A stretch of DNA of 64,000 nucleotides from a virus. Position numbers and translations under genes: made by a program. The notes under the pieces were generated by a model that worked only from the letters and a program-made list of their open reading frames with translations, was not told the origin of the DNA and did no database searches. Positions within the stretch are counted from its first letter, which is position 1. Each line of letters opens with the position of its first letter. Shown one piece after another: positions 61,535 to 64,000 of the stretch. The stretch lies in IMG/VR virus record IMGVR_UViG_3300002494_000025, positions 71,375 through 135,374 of that record; one strand, 5' to 3'.

Positions 61535-64000
61535 TTAAAACATTCTTATCTGTCCCTCCGGGACAGATTTTTTTGTTGCTTTAATCTTTTTCATCTGTCC
61601 TTCCTTCAAGATTCCCACTTTCTTTTCGATATCGCTTTTTTCGATAATTATATTAAGTATTTCCTTTGCTCTATCGACAATGCTCTGTGGTAATCCAGCT
61701 ATTGCGGCAACTTCTATACCATAGCTTCTATCAGCTACCCCTTCAACAACTTTATGGAGGAAGATAACCCCGTCAGCAGTTTCTTTAACATCTACGGTAA
61801 GATTTTTAATACCAGGATATATATGTGCTAATTCTGTGAGTTCTGTGAAGTGTGTTGCAAAGACCGTTTTGCATTTCACTTCGTTGTAAATATATTCACT
61901 CATTGACCAAGCGATACTAATTCCATCGAATGTACTTGTTCCTCTTCCAACTTCATCGAGTAATACCAAACTCTTTTCTGTTGCTTTGTTTAATATAAGC
62001 GCGACTTCGCTCATCTCCGTCAAAAACGTGCTCTTGCCAGTTGAGATGTCGTCCCTTGCACCCATGCGGGTGAATATTCTATCGAAAACAGGGATTTTGG
62101 CATAGTTTGCGGGAACAAACGAGCCAATTTGCGCCATCAATGCTATGAGTCCAATCTGCCTTATGTAGGTACTCTTCCCACTCATATTCGGTCCCGTGAG
62201 AATGTACATTCTTAAGTTCACGTCCATATAGGTGTCGTTGGGGATAAATTCATCAACAAAACGTTCAACGACAGGATGCCTGCCTTGAATAATTTCAAAA
62301 CCTCCATTTGAAATAATAGGTCTGACATACCCAAATTGCCTTGCTACGTAAGCAAAAGATGTGTATATATCTATCCATGCCAAAGTTTCCGATGTCTTTT
62401 GCAAAGCTTCTGCATAGGTTTTTAATTCGTCGCAAAGATTTTTGAATATAATCTTTTCGAGAGCTTCGACGCGTTCTTTCGCTGCGAGAATCTTTTGTTC
62501 AAATTCTTTTAGTTTTGGATTCGTGTATCTTTCCGCATTAACGAGTGTTTGAAGTCTTGTGTACTCTTCTGGTGCGTTCTTTGTCTGCCCCTTTGGGATT
62601 TCTATATAATATCCAAAGACATTGTTGAATCCAACCTTCAGTTTTTGTATGCCAGTTCTTATTCTCTCACTCTCTTCGAATTCCTTAAGCTTCTCATTAG
62701 AATGGTATAGAAGCTCTCTGTACTCATCGAGCTCTTTTGAAACTCCATTGCGGACTATCTTCCCCTCACCAAGTTCACCGTCTATTCCGTCAAATAATGT
62801 CGACTGAATCTTTTCTTTAACGATACTCAAGTCAGGTAGATTATTTGTCAAATCCGCAAGGTTGTCGTTACTTTTGAGCGCTTCTCGAAGCGGTTCAATT
62901 ATTTCCAATGTTGCTCTAAGACTTATTATATCCTTTGGTTTTGCACTATCGTACTGCAATCTGTTAAGAATTCTTTCGAGGTCGTAAACGCCGTCTAAGT
63001 ATTCTCGAATTTCGTTTGTCAATAACGTATCTTCAAAGAATGCACTTACCATCTCGTGCCGTCTTTCAATTTCTCTTTTATTCTTCAATGGATGGAGTAA
63101 GACCCACTTCAAAAATCTTGCCCCCATGGGGGTTTTTGTTTTGTTCAAAACATCGAATAGATTTTTCCCCCTCTCACCTGGGAGAAGCGAGAGGTTGTCT
63201 ACTGTTGTAGAATCGAGGGTCATATATAGCGATTCATCAAGTATTCTTGGGACCTTCAACTGCGCCTGTTTGTTTAGAGTATAATTAAGGTATTTTATCG
63301 TTGCTCCAAGCGGATAACGTGCATCTCCAAGTTCGAAATGTTCAATTGAAGCTAATCCATAGGCTTCTTTAATTGTCTCATCTGGGTTTGAATAGTACCA
63401 ATCATCGAGCTTATCTATGAAGATTTTAACCTTCTCTCGCAATTTGGAATACATGCTTTCTGGGCAGATGATTTGGGAGATTTCGTGTGTGTCAACAAAA
63501 TCAAACAATTCTTCGTATGTCTCGAAGTTCTTCACAACAACATGACCAGTCGAAGAGTCCGTTAGGACAGAGGTTATAATCCCAGATCTTGATTCGTAGA
63601 GCGATACCATATAGTTATTATTTGTTGTGAGTAATTCATCTTCAATTAGAGTTCCGGGGGTAATTACACGTGTTACCTCCCTTTTTACTATGCCCTTCGC
63701 GGTAGCTGGGTCTTCCATCTGCTCGCAAATTGCTACCTTGTAGCCGCCATCTACGAGCTTTTTCAGATAATTGTCCAGCGCATGGTAGGGTATGCCTGCC
63801 ATTGGTGCATCCTGACGTTTCGTCAAGACTATACTTAGTACCTTTGAGACTGTAAGTGCATCGTCAAAAAATGCTTCGTAGAAATCCCCGAGTCGAAATA
63901 GAAGTATCGAATCTTGATACTTCTTCTTTATATCAAGATACTGTTTCATCATTGGCGTCAACCTCGTATCTTTTATTTCTTTGAATATATTTTCAGACAT
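61535..64000 (-). CDS. mutS: DNA mismatch repair protein MutS
   Basis: TPMMKQY, FRLGDFYE, TGPNMSGKSTY, DEVGRGTST, FATHF, SYGIEVA; higher GC and standard code; Thermotogota-like by my recognition. Confidence 0.97.
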   Translation of the reverse strand: MSENIFKEIKDTRLTPMMKQYLDIKKKYQDSILLFRLGDFYEAFFDDALTVSKVLSIVLTKRQDAPMAGIPYHALDNYLKKLVDGGYKVAICEQMEDPATAKGIVKREVTRVITPGTLIEDELLTTNNNYMVSLYESRSGIITSVLTDSSTGHVVVKNFETYEELFDFVDTHEISQIICPESMYSKLREKVKIFIDKLDDWYYSNPDETIKEAYGLASIEHFELGDARYPLGATIKYLNYTLNKQAQLKVPRILDESLYMTLDSTTVDNLSLLPGERGKNLFDVLNKTKTPMGARFLKWVLLHPLKNKREIERRHEMVSAFFEDTLLTNEIREYLDGVYDLERILNRLQYDSAKPKDIISLRATLEIIEPLREALKSNDNLADLTNNLPDLSIVKEKIQSTLFDGIDGELGEGKIVRNGVSKELDEYRELLYHSNEKLKEFEESERIRTGIQKLKVGFNNVFGYYIEIPKGQTKNAPEEYTRLQTLVNAERYTNPKLKEFEQKILAAKERVEALEKIIFKNLCDELKTYAEALQKTSETLAWIDIYTSFAYVARQFGYVRPIISNGGFEIIQGRHPVVERFVDEFIPNDTYMDVNLRMYILTGPNMSGKSTYIRQIGLIALMAQIGSFVPANYAKIPVFDRIFTRMGARDDISTGKSTFLTEMSEVALILNKATEKSLVLLDEVGRGTSTFDGISIAWSMSEYIYNEVKCKTVFATHFTELTELAHIYPGIKNLTVDVKETADGVIFLHKVVEGVADRSYGIEVAAIAGLPQSIVDRAKEILNIIIEKSDIEKKVGILKEGQMKKIKATKKSVPEGQIRMF

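Overview
About 1-58.9 kb is an AT-rich, T4-like myophage genome segment (terminase, baseplate, tail tube and sheath, neck, tape measure, gp23-type major capsid, primase, dTMP kinase, endolysin). It abuts standard-code genes that look like Thermotogota host DNA (nrdG, nrdD, mutS) from about 59 kb. The short, fragmented ORF track is an artefact of the genetic code: the fragments are joined in frame only by TAG, and the joined genes end at TAA or TGA. At conserved motif positions TAG repeatedly stands for alanine (terminase Walker B VDE**F = DEAAF, DDLVM*L, endolysin SPHNFGI*ID, neck KY*L*L, IS*TKLR, tape measure DEI*GVVHKGE, and ATG-TAG = Met-Ala starts). The phage encodes a matching amber tRNA (CUA anticodon, G3:U70 alanine identity) between a tRNA-Ala(UGC) and a tmRNA. 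This points to a TAG->Ala genetic code, which I do not know from any phage or bacterium. It appears to be wired into a two-sigma, two-promoter-class cascade in which a TAG-containing late sigma factor would gate morphogenesis and lysis. An AcrIII-1-like ring nuclease, an orphan KwaA-like protein, methyltransferase relics and a duplicated tmRNA 3' cassette are also present. CDS coordinates were re-derived by hand with TAG read as sense, and family calls come from motif recognition, not database searches.
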